The notes under the pieces are model-generated. The model worked only from the letters and a program-made list of their open reading frames with translations. It ran no database searches and was not told the DNA's origin. The translations under genes and the position numbers were made by a program. A stretch of 64,000 nt of DNA. It comes from an uncultured delta proteobacterium (lineage in GTDB: Bacteria; Myxococcota; UBA727; VGSZ01). The DNA is taken from assembly GCA_963775425.1 (NCBI GenBank), contig CAVZJB010000016.1, positions 192,001 to 256,000 of the forward strand. The letters are read 5' to 3'. This document shows positions 1-11,428 of the stretch, in pieces. The stretch's first letter is position 1; each line of letters opens with the position of its first letter.

Positions 1-2
1 CC

Positions 3-203
3 CAGATCCGCACGCCGCAGGGGCTCATCACGACGTCGGAGACGCTCCTGACCTACCGCGAGATGAAGATCCCCAAGAGCGAGTTCGAAGTGCCCAAGGG
101 CTACGCGCTCATCGAGGATCCGCTCACCGAGCTGCAGAAGCGCGCGGGGCAGATGCCCGGGGCGCCCGTCGGCATCGGCGCCCCGCTCGGCGGACAGCAC
201 TGA
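3..203 (+). CDS. 3' end of a hypothetical protein (possibly DUF4412-like), truncated by the window edge
   Basis: Open frame QIRTPQG...IPKSEFEVPKGYALIEDP...GGQH* ending in TGA at 201-203, with GC3-rich codons. The FEVPKGY tail resembles DUF4412-type C-termini. Confidence 0.6.
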   Translation, partial: QIRTPQGLITTSETLLTYREMKIPKSEFEVPKGYALIEDPLTELQKRAGQMPGAPVGIGAPLGGQH

Positions 204-228
204 TGCGGGCCGCGCCGGGACGCGCCGC

Positions 229-1908
229 GTGAGCGTGCGCACCATCGTCGTCATCGGCGGCGCCGGCGGCGGGCCGGCCGCGGCGGCGCGCGCGAGAGAG
301 GTCGACGAGCACGCCCGCATCGTGCTCGTCGAAAAGAAGCCGCGCGTGGCGTGGGTGCACGCCGGCCTGCGCCACCACCTCGAGGGCAAGGTGCAGCGCC
401 TGCGCGACCTCGACGACGAGCGCGCCACCTTTTTCCACGAGCGCCACCGCGTCGAGGTCCGCACCGGCACCGAGGCCGTGCGCATCGATCCCGAGAGTCA
501 CCGCATCGCGCTGCGCGCGGTCGGCGCCGCGGCCGGCGCCGAGGCCATCCGCTACGACGCCGCCATCTTCTCGGGCGGCGCCGACATCGTCCCGCCCGAC
601 GTCGACGGCCTCGAGGGCCCCCGCGTGATCGGCTTTCGCACCGCCGACGACCTCGCCGCCATCGAGCGGGCCGTCTCACACGGGGCCAAGCGCGCCGTCG
701 TCCTCGGCGCCGGCCCCACCGGTGTCGACGCCGCCGCCGGGCTCGCCGCCGCCGGTCTGCACGTGGACGTCGTCGAGCGCGCGCCGCGCATCCTGCCGTC
801 GCTGTCGGCGCTCGGGGCGCGCGCGGCGCAAAAGCACCTCGTCGCGGTGCGCGGCGTGCGCCTGCACCTCGACGACGAGGTGATCGCGGCGCGGAGCGCC
901 GGCGGCCCCGGGCTCACGCTCGAGACGCGCGCGGGGGTGACGCTCGCCGCTGACCTCGTCGTCGTCGCCACCGGGCTCGTTCCGAGCACCGCGCTCCTCG
1001 AGGACGCGGGCGCGTCGCTCAACGCCGACGGCTCGGTGCGCACAAGCCCCGACATGCAGACCACGCTGCCCGCGGTGTTCGCGTGCGGCACCGCCGTCAG
1101 CGTGCTCCACGCCGTCACCCGCGCGCCGCTGTGGAACCCGCAGGCGGCCCTGGCGACGCGCACGTCGCAGATCGCGGGGCGCAACGCGGCGCTCGTCGAC
1201 GGCGCGCCGCGCGAGCTGTTGCCGCCGCTGGCGGGGGGCGCGCTGTACCGCGTGGGCGAGAGCCGCTTCGCGCGCACGGGGCTGTCGGAGACGGAGGCGC
1301 GGGCGTTCCTCGGCGACGACGGCGTCGTCGTCGTGACCATCCACGGCTACGCCGGCGAGCCATGGATTGGGGGAGACCCGCTGTGCGTGCGCCTCGTCGT
1401 CGACAAGAAGCGGGACGCCGTGGTCGGCGGCGAGATCTGGGGCCGCGAGGGCGTGCCCCGGCGCGTCGACGTGCTCACCGCCGCCGTGGAGGCGGGCTGG
1501 TCGCCGGCGCGGCTCTCCGACGTCGACATGGCCTACGCCCCGTCCCTGGGCCCCGCCGTCGACCCGCTGCACACGGCCGCGCGCATCGCGGCGCTCACGC
1601 TCGTCGGCGAGGCGCGGCCGGTGTCGGCGGAGGCGCTGGCGGCGCGGCTCGCCCGCGGCGAGGCGCTCCAGCTCGTGGACGTGTCGCGCACCGGCCGCGA
1701 CACCGCGTGGCCCGAGGGCACGAGGCGGATCGCCCTCGAGAGCCTGCGCGAGCACCTCGGCGAGCTGCCGCGCGACAGACCCATCGTCCTCGTCAGCCGC
1801 ACCGGGCAGCGGGCATTTCAGGCCTACCGCATCCTCGTGCAACGCGGGTTCGACCTCGTCGAGCACCTCGACGGCGGCTGGCTGTCGTTCGCCCTCATGC
1901 TCGATTGA
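229..1908 (+). CDS. CoA-disulfide reductase/rhodanese-like flavoprotein (FAD-dependent pyridine nucleotide-disulfide oxidoreductase), catalytic Cys residues absent
   Basis: VVIGGAGGGPAAAARAR FAD-binding start, a second Rossmann motif GAGPTG, a DMAYAP dimerisation motif, and a C-terminal rhodanese domain (LVDV...LDGG). Confidence 0.85.
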   Translation: MSVRTIVVIGGAGGGPAAAARAREVDEHARIVLVEKKPRVAWVHAGLRHHLEGKVQRLRDLDDERATFFHERHRVEVRTGTEAVRIDPESHRIALRAVGAAAGAEAIRYDAAIFSGGADIVPPDVDGLEGPRVIGFRTADDLAAIERAVSHGAKRAVVLGAGPTGVDAAAGLAAAGLHVDVVERAPRILPSLSALGARAAQKHLVAVRGVRLHLDDEVIAARSAGGPGLTLETRAGVTLAADLVVVATGLVPSTALLEDAGASLNADGSVRTSPDMQTTLPAVFACGTAVSVLHAVTRAPLWNPQAALATRTSQIAGRNAALVDGAPRELLPPLAGGALYRVGESRFARTGLSETEARAFLGDDGVVVVTIHGYAGEPWIGGDPLCVRLVVDKKRDAVVGGEIWGREGVPRRVDVLTAAVEAGWSPARLSDVDMAYAPSLGPAVDPLHTAARIAALTLVGEARPVSAEALAARLARGEALQLVDVSRTGRDTAWPEGTRRIALESLREHLGELPRDRPIVLVSRTGQRAFQAYRILVQRGFDLVEHLDGGWLSFALMLD

Positions 1909-1962
1909 CCGCGCGCCGCCGCGGCCGGGAGGCACGGCGGGGCGTGTGTTAGCGTGCCCACC

Positions 1963-2508
1963 ATGCTCATGCGCACCCTGCCGTTCGCGGCCCTCCTCCT
2001 CGCCACGTCATCCGCCGCCTTTCCGCAGTTCGAGACCAAGGTCCCGAACGGGCGCTCCATCGGCTGCCTCACCTGCCACACGCACTCCGGCGGCGGCGAG
2101 GGCTGGAACGACTTCGGCCAGGAGATCCTGCGCGAGGGCGGCGCCAACCCCGACGCCAACCCCAACAACCAGAACCTCGGCTACAACGGCGAGGGCCCGC
2201 AGTGGGGCAACCTCTGCGACCTCGACAGCGACGGCGACGGCGCCAGCAACGGCACCGAGCTCGCCGACCCCGGCTGCGGCTGGGCCCCCGGCGACGCCGA
2301 CCCCAGCGGCACGGTCTCCGCCCCCGGCGACGCCGCCAGCCTCCCCGGCGACCCGGGCGACACGAACAACCCCGACAACGGCCGCGAGCCGCTGCCCGGC
2401 GACACCGGCAACGCCGACCCCGGCGGCTGCGCGTCGACCGGCGCCGGCGGGCCCGCCGCCCTCGCGCTCCTCGGTCTTGGCCTCGTCTTCGTGCGCCGCC
2501 GGCGCTGA
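1963..2508 (+). CDS. Secreted temptin-like protein with a CxxCH motif and a MYXO-CTERM-like anchor
   Basis: Signal peptide; VPNG..CLTCH..GGG..NDFG; LCDLDSDGDGASNGTELADPGCGW; C-terminal GCASTG..AALALLGLGLVFVRRRR. Start is ATG 1963 or GTG 1954. Confidence 0.7.
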   Translation: MLMRTLPFAALLLATSSAAFPQFETKVPNGRSIGCLTCHTHSGGGEGWNDFGQEILREGGANPDANPNNQNLGYNGEGPQWGNLCDLDSDGDGASNGTELADPGCGWAPGDADPSGTVSAPGDAASLPGDPGDTNNPDNGREPLPGDTGNADPGGCASTGAGGPAALALLGLGLVFVRRRR

Positions 2509-2516
2509 ACGCGCCG

Positions 2517-3092
2517 TCAGCGCTGCGAGAGCTTGGCCAGCACCGGCATCGAGAGCACGCCGAAGGCCGACAGCGCGGCGGTGACGGCGACCATGCGCCA
2601 CAGGACGTCGTCGCCGCGCTCGAGCACGATCATGAACGTGAGCAGGCCGGCCCAGGCGTAGATGGCCGCGCGGGTGACGGCGCGGACGGGGCCGAAGCGA
2701 TCGTCGAGCGTGACGAGCAGCAGCAGCGACGCGAGGCAGGCGGCGAAGGCGTCGATGCTGGTGATGCCGAAGGCCTTCCACCACACCGTCAGGCGCGCGA
2801 TCTCCGTCCACACGCCGAGGAGCAGGAGCACGCCGGCGGCGAACGCCACGACGAGGCCCGCGCGCGCCCCCAGCGAGGTCGGCTGCCGGCGCACCACCGA
2901 GGCGCAGGCGAGCCCCATGCCGGCGTAGACAGCGACGCCGTACGACGAGACCAGCATCCGCACCTGGCGCGGCGAGAGGTCGCCGCCGAGCGCGGCAAAG
3001 ACGGAGAGCACGCAGCCGACGACGAGCAACACGAGCACGAGCCGCCACAAGACGCGCTCGAACGACGAGGAAGCCCCGTTTCCAGTCTCCAT
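2517..3092 (-). CDS. Hypothetical integral membrane protein (about 6 TM segments)
   Basis: METGNG...; successive hydrophobic segments; G-rich SD-like GGGAGGGGG upstream; downstream of 3119-3745 on the same strand. Confidence 0.7.
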   Translation of the reverse strand: METGNGASSSFERVLWRLVLVLLVVGCVLSVFAALGGDLSPRQVRMLVSSYGVAVYAGMGLACASVVRRQPTSLGARAGLVVAFAAGVLLLLGVWTEIARLTVWWKAFGITSIDAFAACLASLLLLVTLDDRFGPVRAVTRAAIYAWAGLLTFMIVLERGDDVLWRMVAVTAALSAFGVLSMPVLAKLSQR

Positions 3093-3118
3093 GTGCCCCC
3101 TCCCATCGCGGCGCGGAC

Positions 3119-3745
3119 TCAGCCGGAGTCCGCCTGGCTCTGGATCCACTCGTCGACGTTGCCGTCGTGGTCGCGGTCGATGCCGACGCGGTCGAGCTTG
3201 CCGCCCTCGTAGTACTCCCAGTAGTCGACCTTGCCGTCGTAATCGAGGTCCGCCTCTTCGCGCGTGAGCACGCCCTTGTCGAAGTAGCGCCACATGTCGA
3301 CCTTCTTGTCGAAGTTGGTGTCGTACTCCTTGCGAACGATGACGCCCTTTTCGAAGAACACGACGAGGTCGATGCGGCCGTCGAAGTCGTTGTCGAGGCG
3401 CTCTTCCTTCAGCTCGCCCTTGTCCGTGAGGTTGCGGATGAGGTCGATGCGACCGTCGAAGTTGACGTCGTTCTCCTTGCGCACGACGACGACTTCGTTG
3501 TCGATGACCTTGGTGAATTGATAGCTGTCGGGGCGGCCGTCGCGGTTGAGGTCGAACTCGTGCTTGTGGCAGCAAGAGGGGTCGAACGCGTCGTCGGCGA
3601 GCCGCGTGGCGCCGACGCTGCCCTCGGCGGACGCGGCGGGAGCGTCGGGCTTCTTGGCCGCGTCGTCGGTGGTGCACCCGGCGCCGAAGACGCACGCGGC
3701 GGCGGCGAGCACGCCGGAAAACATGACGATGCGGGGCGCGTTCAT
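3119..3745 (-). CDS. Lipoprotein with tandem DxN/DxDGxxD (calcium-binding-like) beta-hairpin repeats
   Basis: Lipobox-like FGAGC, then six repeats: DLNRDGRPD, DVNFDGRID, DNDFDGRID, DTNFDKKVD, DLDYDGKVD, DRDHDGNVD. Confidence 0.75.
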   Translation of the reverse strand: MNAPRIVMFSGVLAAAACVFGAGCTTDDAAKKPDAPAASAEGSVGATRLADDAFDPSCCHKHEFDLNRDGRPDSYQFTKVIDNEVVVVRKENDVNFDGRIDLIRNLTDKGELKEERLDNDFDGRIDLVVFFEKGVIVRKEYDTNFDKKVDMWRYFDKGVLTREEADLDYDGKVDYWEYYEGGKLDRVGIDRDHDGNVDEWIQSQADSG

Positions 3746-3800
3746 GCCGTGAATCTCGGCCTTGCCGTCGCTGCCGTCAAGCCGTACACCGAGCCGGCCC

Positions 3801-4778
3801 ATGCGCGTCTTGGTCACCGGCGGCGCCGGTTTCATCGGGTCCCACCTCGTCGATCGCTTCGTGGAGCTCGGTCACGATGTGACCGTGCTGGATGACCTCT
3901 CGTCGGGCACCCGCGACAACATCGCCGCCGCGCTGGAGCGGGGCGCGCGCCTCGTCGTCGCCGACGTGCGCACGTGCTCCGACGTCGTGAAGCACGCCGC
4001 GCCGCAGATCGTGGTGCACCACGCGGCCCAGATGGACGTGCGGAAGAGCGTGGCGGATCCCGCGTTCGACGCCGACGTCAACCTCGTCGGGCTGTGCCGC
4101 GTCATGGAGGGGGCGCGCGCCGGCGGCGCCCTCGAGCACGTGGTGCTCGCGTCGTCGGGCGGGGCCATGTACGGCGAGATCGCGCCCGACGAGCCGCCGG
4201 CCGCCGAGTCCCACGCCGTGAGGCCCGAGAGCCCGTACGGCCTCGCCAAGGCGGTGAGCGAGCAATACCTCGACTGGTACCAGCGCATGTACGGCATCAC
4301 GTCGACGTCGCTGCGCTACGGCAACGTCTATGGTCCGCGACAGAACCCGCACGGCGAGGCGGGCGTCGTCGCCATCTTCTGCGGCCGCATCCTCGAGGGA
4401 AAGACGCTCACCGTCTTCGGCGACGGCAAGCAGACCCGCGACTACGTCTACGTCGACGATGTCGTCGCCGCCAACGTGCTCGCCGTGGACAAGCGGCCGC
4501 ACGGCGGGTTCAACGTCGGCACCGGCGTGGAGACCGACGTGAACACCCTCGCCCGCACGCTCGTGGCCGCTTCGAGCGAGCCGGCTACGAGCGCGGCCGC
4601 GGGAGGGTCGCCGGTGCAACACGCCCCGGCGCGCCCCGGGGAGCAGCAGCGCAGCGTCATCGACCCGCGCGCGTACGGCACCGCCACCGGCTGGGGCGCG
4701 CGCGTCGACGTCACCGAGGGCTTGCGGCGCACGTTCGCGTGGTTCGCGGGGCGCGCCGCCAACGCCGGAGCGGGCTGA
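3801..4778 (+). CDS. NAD-dependent epimerase/dehydratase (UDP-glucose 4-epimerase-like)
   Basis: [21 protein letters not shown] (YxxxK), [24 protein letters not shown]. Confidence 0.92.
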   Translation: MRVLVTGGAGFIGSHLVDRFVELGHDVTVLDDLSSGTRDNIAAALERGARLVVADVRTCSDVVKHAAPQIVVHHAAQMDVRKSVADPAFDADVNLVGLCRVMEGARAGGALEHVVLASSGGAMYGEIAPDEPPAAESHAVRPESPYGLAKAVSEQYLDWYQRMYGITSTSLRYGNVYGPRQNPHGEAGVVAIFCGRILEGKTLTVFGDGKQTRDYVYVDDVVAANVLAVDKRPHGGFNVGTGVETDVNTLARTLVAASSEPATSAAAGGSPVQHAPARPGEQQRSVIDPRAYGTATGWGARVDVTEGLRRTFAWFAGRAANAGAG

Positions 4779-4779
4779 C

Positions 4780-6575
<1,796 letters not shown>

Positions 6576-6576
<1 letters not shown>

Positions 6577-7835
6577 TGAAGAAGCTGCTCCACAAATGGC
6601 GGCGGATGCTGACCCCGGGGCACGGCATCGCCACGCTCGTCTTGCTCGTGATCGTGTACGAGCTGTGGGGCAAGGTCTTCGAGGAGGGCGGCACGGGGAG
6701 CAACGTCGTGCTCGGGCTGCTCGTCGCGGTCGCCGTCATCTACCTGGGCGCCACCAACCTCGGCCCGTCCGTCGACGACGCCATCCTGCCCAAGAAGAAC
6801 CGGGCGCTGCGCAAGCGCAAGCGCACCGCGTGGGAGCTCGCCGACGACGTCGAGCGCGCCATCAAGGAAGACGGCAAGAAGCGCGCAGCCAAGCGGAAGC
6901 TCACCGCGGAGATCGCGGAGAAGCTCGCGGCCGCCGTCGGCGAATTGCGCACCGCCGCCGACGGCGACAGCGTCGAACGGCTCGACAAGGCCACCACCGC
7001 CGTCGACAAGCTCGTCGAAGGCTCCTTCGGCACCGAGAAGGGCTCCGCGGCCGTCTTCGCGCAGGTGCGCAGCCTCGGGATCGCGTTCGCCATCGCGGTG
7101 GCCCTGCGCCTGTTCCTCGTGGCGCCGTTCCAGATCCCCTCGGGCTCGATGATCCCCACGCTCCTCATCGGCGACCACCTCTTCGTGTTCCGCGCCATGT
7201 ACGGGCTGCAGTCGCCGGTCGGCAAGACGCCGACGTACTGGGCGCGCTGGGCCATGCCCAAGCCGGGCGACGTCATCGTGTTCGAGGCGCCGCCGTGGGT
7301 GGGGATGAACGCGGGCGACGACTGGATCAAGCGCGTCATCGCGCTGCCCGGCCAGCGCGTGAAGCGCGTGGACACCACGGTCTACGTCGACGACAAGCCC
7401 TACACGCAGCTCGGTGACGGCAAGATGATGCGCTACATGGACTTCCGGGAGCTCGGGCCGAGCCACGGCACATGGGAGCAGCGCACGGCCACCTACCACC
7501 AGGAGGACGCGGCCGGCGTCATCCACGACACCTTCACAGACATGCCGCCGACGACGGGGAGCTGGCCGTCGCCGGGCGAGCCGCTCCCCAACCAGGAGGG
7601 GCTCACGTGCACCGACAGCGAGTGCACCGTGAAGGACGGCTTCGTGTTCGTCATGGGCGACAACCGCGACAACTCGGCCGACGGGCGCCGCTGGGGCGCC
7701 GTCCCCGTCGACAACATCAAGGGCAAGGCCCTGTTCATCTGGGTCAGCGTCGACGGCTCCGAGGAGAGCGTGCACCTCGGCAAGTTCACCCTGCCGCGCT
7801 TCCGCTGGGATCGCCTGTTCCGCTGGATCCACTGA
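6576..7835 (+). CDS. lepB: Signal peptidase I with an N-terminal membrane/coiled-coil extension
   Basis: PFQIPSGSMIPTLLIGD, IKRVIALPG, FVMGDNRDNSADGRRWG; TGATG overlap with lepA. Confidence 0.95.
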
Positions 7836-7853
7836 CGGGGACGAGCCCCGCGC

Positions 7854-9056
7854 CTACTCGGCGGTGGCGTTGAGGATGAGGTCGGTGGCGACGAGGCCGA
7901 CGGAGGCCGCGCCGAGGACGCCGGCGGTGGCGTACAAGACGTTGGCGGCGAGCGCCTTGCCTTCGATGCCCTGCTGGAGCGTGAAGAGCGTCTGGCTGTC
8001 GACCGGGTTGACGAAGGAATAGCTGTCCGCCTTCTGCTTCGTGTACAGGCCGAGGAAGGTGCCGACGGAGCCGTCGAAGTCGTCCTGGGCGTCGAGGCCG
8101 ACGCCGATGGCGGCGACGGCGGCGATGATCGTGGCGCCGCCCGTGACGGCGGCGACCGGCCACAGGGTGATGCGCGCGTCGACGAGGTCCGCGGTGACCT
8201 CGACGGGCGTGGCCTCCTCGACGCTCACCACGGACTTCCACTCCGCCTTGCCGCCCTTGCGCACGCGGATCTCGTGGCTGCCCGGGTCGAGCTGCACCGT
8301 GGTCTGCGCCGCGGTGGTGAGCTCCTTGCCGTCGACGATGATGGTGGCATCGCCGTCCTCGGCCGCGACCTTGATCAAGACGGGGACGCGCGGGTCGACG
8401 GCGCGGCCGGTGAGCACCAGCGACGTGAGCTGCTTGGCCGCGTAGTAGTAGAGCTCGCGGTTGGCAGGCACCTTGCGCTGCTGCTGGGCGATGCGCGAGC
8501 CGTCGCGCGCGTTCACCGCGAGGATCGTGATGAGGTAGTCGTCGCCGACCTTGGCGACGGAGCCGCCGAGGATGATGGACGCCTCGACGGTCTTGCCGAT
8601 GTCCGTCATGCAGCCCTCGGACTCGCAGCCGAGCATCGCCTGGTTGGACGCGGCGTCGAGGACGAGCTTGATCTGCGTGGCGGTGACGGTCTCGCCGAGG
8701 TGGCTCTGGACGGCCTGGCCTTGCACGGCCTGCGTGATGGCGTTCGTGACCTCGGGGCCCGCGCCCTTGTCGACGAGGTCCATGGCGAGGAGGCGCGGCT
8801 TGGTCGGCGGCGGCAGCGGCGACTTCTTCTCGGGCGCGGCGGGCGCGGCGGCGTCGGCGGGCGCGGCGGCGTCGGCGGGCGCGGCGCCGTCGGCGAGCGG
8901 GGCGGCGGCGGCAGCGCCGTCGGCGGGCGGGGTGGCGGCGGCAGCGCCGTCGGCCGGTGGCGTCGTCGTCGCGGCGGCCGGCGCGGCGGGCGCAGCGTCA
9001 CCGGCGGCGGGCGGGGTGGCGGAGACGGCGAGGGCGACCAGGGCGAGGTGCAGCAT
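7854..9056 (-). CDS. PEGA domain-containing exported protein
   Basis: Signal peptide, Ala/Pro linker, GCESEGCMTDIG..ILGGSVAKVGD motif, PEGA-like ATIIVDGK..LDPGSHEIRVRK, and C-terminal hydrophobic helices. Confidence 0.75.
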   Translation of the reverse strand: MLHLALVALAVSATPPAAGDAAPAAPAAATTTPPADGAAAATPPADGAAAAAPLADGAAPADAAAPADAAAPAAPEKKSPLPPPTKPRLLAMDLVDKGAGPEVTNAITQAVQGQAVQSHLGETVTATQIKLVLDAASNQAMLGCESEGCMTDIGKTVEASIILGGSVAKVGDDYLITILAVNARDGSRIAQQQRKVPANRELYYYAAKQLTSLVLTGRAVDPRVPVLIKVAAEDGDATIIVDGKELTTAAQTTVQLDPGSHEIRVRKGGKAEWKSVVSVEEATPVEVTADLVDARITLWPVAAVTGGATIIAAVAAIGVGLDAQDDFDGSVGTFLGLYTKQKADSYSFVNPVDSQTLFTLQQGIEGKALAANVLYATAGVLGAASVGLVATDLILNATAE

Positions 9057-9163
9057 GGCCGACACAATCGCGCCAATCGGGGGTCGACGACAAGGGGCGA
9101 ACGCTTTCCGCGTCAGGCGAGGCGCTTGTCGGCGGCGCCGGAGCGGTTGCATGCTGTCGTGAC

Positions 9164-9916
9164 GTGCTCCTGCCGGTGCTCCTGTCGCTCGCCGCGTTCC
9201 CGTTGCCGCACAGCCCCGGCGACGGCGTCGTCCGCCTGCGCTCGGACACCTTCGCCGCCGGCTGGGCCTACGACGACGACGGCAACCTCGTCGACGACCC
9301 CGGCTTCACCACCGAGACCGTGAGCGCCTCCGCCGAGGTCGGCGTCGCCCCGCACCTCACGCTCGACGCCACCCTGCCGCTCGTGTTCGTCCCCGAGCCC
9401 TCGGGCGGCGACTTCGACGTCGGCGGCCTCTTCACGCTCCTCGAGGCCCCCATCGACCTCGCCGTCTCCCTCGACGTCAAGGCACCCTTGTACGAAGGCG
9501 TCCCGTCCGTCCGCGGCCGCACCCCCGCCGGCAAGCCCGCCGTCGGCGACGGCCAGACCGACATCACCACCGCCGCCGTCCTCGTCGCGCGCCTGCCGTT
9601 CGACGGCGCCATGGACCTCTACGCGGGCTACCGCTTCCGCGGCGGCGACGTCACCGACGCCGTCGTCGGCGGCGGCCGCGTCGGGATCTGGGCCTTCGAC
9701 CGCCGCTTCTTCCTGAGCGTGCTCCTCGACACCGTCATCACCTTCGCCGCCCGCCCCGACGAGGTCACCGGCCGCGGCTACGCCGCCTTCGGCCCCAAGC
9801 TCAGCGTGCGCGTCATCGACCGCGCCTTCCTCGACGTCTCCGCGCTCTACGTCGGCCGCGGCACCAACAGCGCCGGCGGCGCGGCGCTCGGCTTCGGGGC
9901 GTCCCTGCAGTTCTAG
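9164..9916 (+). CDS. Putative outer-membrane beta-barrel protein
   Basis: Signal-like N-terminus, alternating amphipathic strands, C-terminal GFGASLQF. Start uncertain. Confidence 0.6.
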   Translation: MLLPVLLSLAAFPLPHSPGDGVVRLRSDTFAAGWAYDDDGNLVDDPGFTTETVSASAEVGVAPHLTLDATLPLVFVPEPSGGDFDVGGLFTLLEAPIDLAVSLDVKAPLYEGVPSVRGRTPAGKPAVGDGQTDITTAAVLVARLPFDGAMDLYAGYRFRGGDVTDAVVGGGRVGIWAFDRRFFLSVLLDTVITFAARPDEVTGRGYAAFGPKLSVRVIDRAFLDVSALYVGRGTNSAGGAALGFGASLQF

Positions 9917-9952
9917 GTGTGACGCTTTGGAGCGGACCGCTCGCCCATCACG

Positions 9953-10540
9953 CTAGGGCCCGGCGAGGCGGCCAAGGTCGAAGGTCGCCCCGATGAAGAA
10001 CGCGGTCTGCAGCGGGAAGTCCACGGGGCTGCCGTCCGCGAAGGCCGGCTGGCCGGGCAGCGACAGGCCCTTCGGCCCGTAGAGGACCAGGGGCAGGGCG
10101 ACACGCGCCTCGAGGCCGGCGAAGTCGGCGACGGGCAGCCGCAGGCCGAGGCTGGCGAGGGCGCCGGCGCGCAGCTCGGGGGGCCCGCCGGCGACGGAGA
10201 CGCCGGCGAGGGGGCCGACGGCGGCGAGCGCCTGGACGTCGGTGTCGTCGAACGAATAGACCAACGACAGCGCGCCGGCGAACAGCCCGAGCGGGCTCGG
10301 GGCGGCGTCCAATCCGCCGAAGCCCAGCAGCAGGCCCTCCGGCCGCAGCGCGAACGGGCCGGGCAGGGGGATGTCCAGGTAGGCGGCCGCGGCCGCGCCG
10401 TGGTTTCGGCCGTCCGGCTGGCTGCGGAACGCGTAGCCGGCGTCCACGCCGGGCGTCCACACGGCGGCCCGGGCCGGCGCCGCCGGCAGGGTGACGGCGA
10501 CGGCGACGACGGCGACGGCGGCCGCGTTGACCGCCCCGTG
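9953..10540 (-). CDS. Putative small outer-membrane beta-barrel protein, start codon unresolved
   Basis: Hydrophobic signal-like AAAVAVVAVAVTLPAAPARA followed by amphipathic strands (GVDAGYAF, LSLVYSFD, LGLRLPV, FIGATFD). No in-frame ATG/GTG/TTG lies just upstream of the signal region. Confidence 0.5.
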   Translation of the reverse strand, partial: HGAVNAAAVAVVAVAVTLPAAPARAAVWTPGVDAGYAFRSQPDGRNHGAAAAAYLDIPLPGPFALRPEGLLLGFGGLDAAPSPLGLFAGALSLVYSFDDTDVQALAAVGPLAGVSVAGGPPELRAGALASLGLRLPVADFAGLEARVALPLVLYGPKGLSLPGQPAFADGSPVDFPLQTAFFIGATFDLGRLAGP

Positions 10541-10561
10541 AAAGCGGCTTAAGCGGCGCGC

Positions 10562-11428
10562 ATGGCCAAGAAGATCAAGCGGAAACAGGAACAGACTCCG
10601 GAGGAGAAGGCGAAGGCCGCCGAAGAGGCGGCGCGCTCCGCCGCCGGAATCCAGGACGAGTTCCAGGCGCGCGGCTTCGAGCTCGTGGAATGGATTCATG
10701 AGAAGCAGGCCTACGTCCTCGGCTTCATCGCGCTCGTCATCGCCGGAGGCCTCGCGTACGGCGTGTACACCGTGGTGTCCGCCCACCGCAACAGCACGGC
10801 GTCGGACGCGCTCCACGAGGGGCTCGAGGCGTACGAGGCGCCCATCGGCGACGAGAAGCCCGAGGGCGACGGCCCGCACTTCGCCGACGCCACCGCGCGC
10901 GAGAAGGCAGCGCTCGCCGACTTCGAAAAGACCGCCAAGGAGCACGCGGGCACGGGCGCCGCGAGCATCGCGCACCTGTACGCCGGCCACACGGCCTTGA
11001 AGCTCGGCGAGTACGACGCCGCGGTCGCGCAGTACCAGGCGTACCTCGACGCCACGAGCAAGGACGACCCGCTGCGCTTCGCGGGGCTGTCGGGCATCGC
11101 GGCCGCCCTCGACGGCAAAGGCGATCACAAGGGCGCCATCGCCAAGCTCGAGGAGCTCGTGGCGCTGCCCGACAAGATCGACGAGGACGCCGCGCTCCTC
11201 GAGCTCGGCCGCCTCTACAAGCAGGACGGCAACACCGACGCGGCGCGCACGTCGCTCGAGCGCCTCGACAAGGACTTCCCGGACTCGTCGCTGAAGAGCC
11301 GCGCCGACAATCTTCTGGCCTCGCTGCCGCCGGCGGCGGCCAAGCCCGACGACGACAAGAAGGCCGCGGGCGACGACAAGAAGGCCGGCGACGACAAGAA
11401 GGCCGGCGACGACGGCGCCGCGCCGTGA
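10562..11428 (+). CDS. YfgM-like membrane-anchored TPR protein
   Basis: Basic N-terminus, a single TM, TPR-like helices and an AGDDKK-repeat tail; lies directly upstream of a BamB-like gene, as in the yfgM-bamB arrangement. Confidence 0.8.
   Translation: MAKKIKRKQEQTPEEKAKAAEEAARSAAGIQDEFQARGFELVEWIHEKQAYVLGFIALVIAGGLAYGVYTVVSAHRNSTASDALHEGLEAYEAPIGDEKPEGDGPHFADATAREKAALADFEKTAKEHAGTGAASIAHLYAGHTALKLGEYDAAVAQYQAYLDATSKDDPLRFAGLSGIAAALDGKGDHKGAIAKLEELVALPDKIDEDAALLELGRLYKQDGNTDAARTSLERLDKDFPDSSLKSRADNLLASLPPAAAKPDDDKKAAGDDKKAGDDKKAGDDGAAP

Noticed and set aside
355-370. Selenocysteine recoding at the reductase active site
   Set aside because: The codon is GCC (Ala), not TGA.
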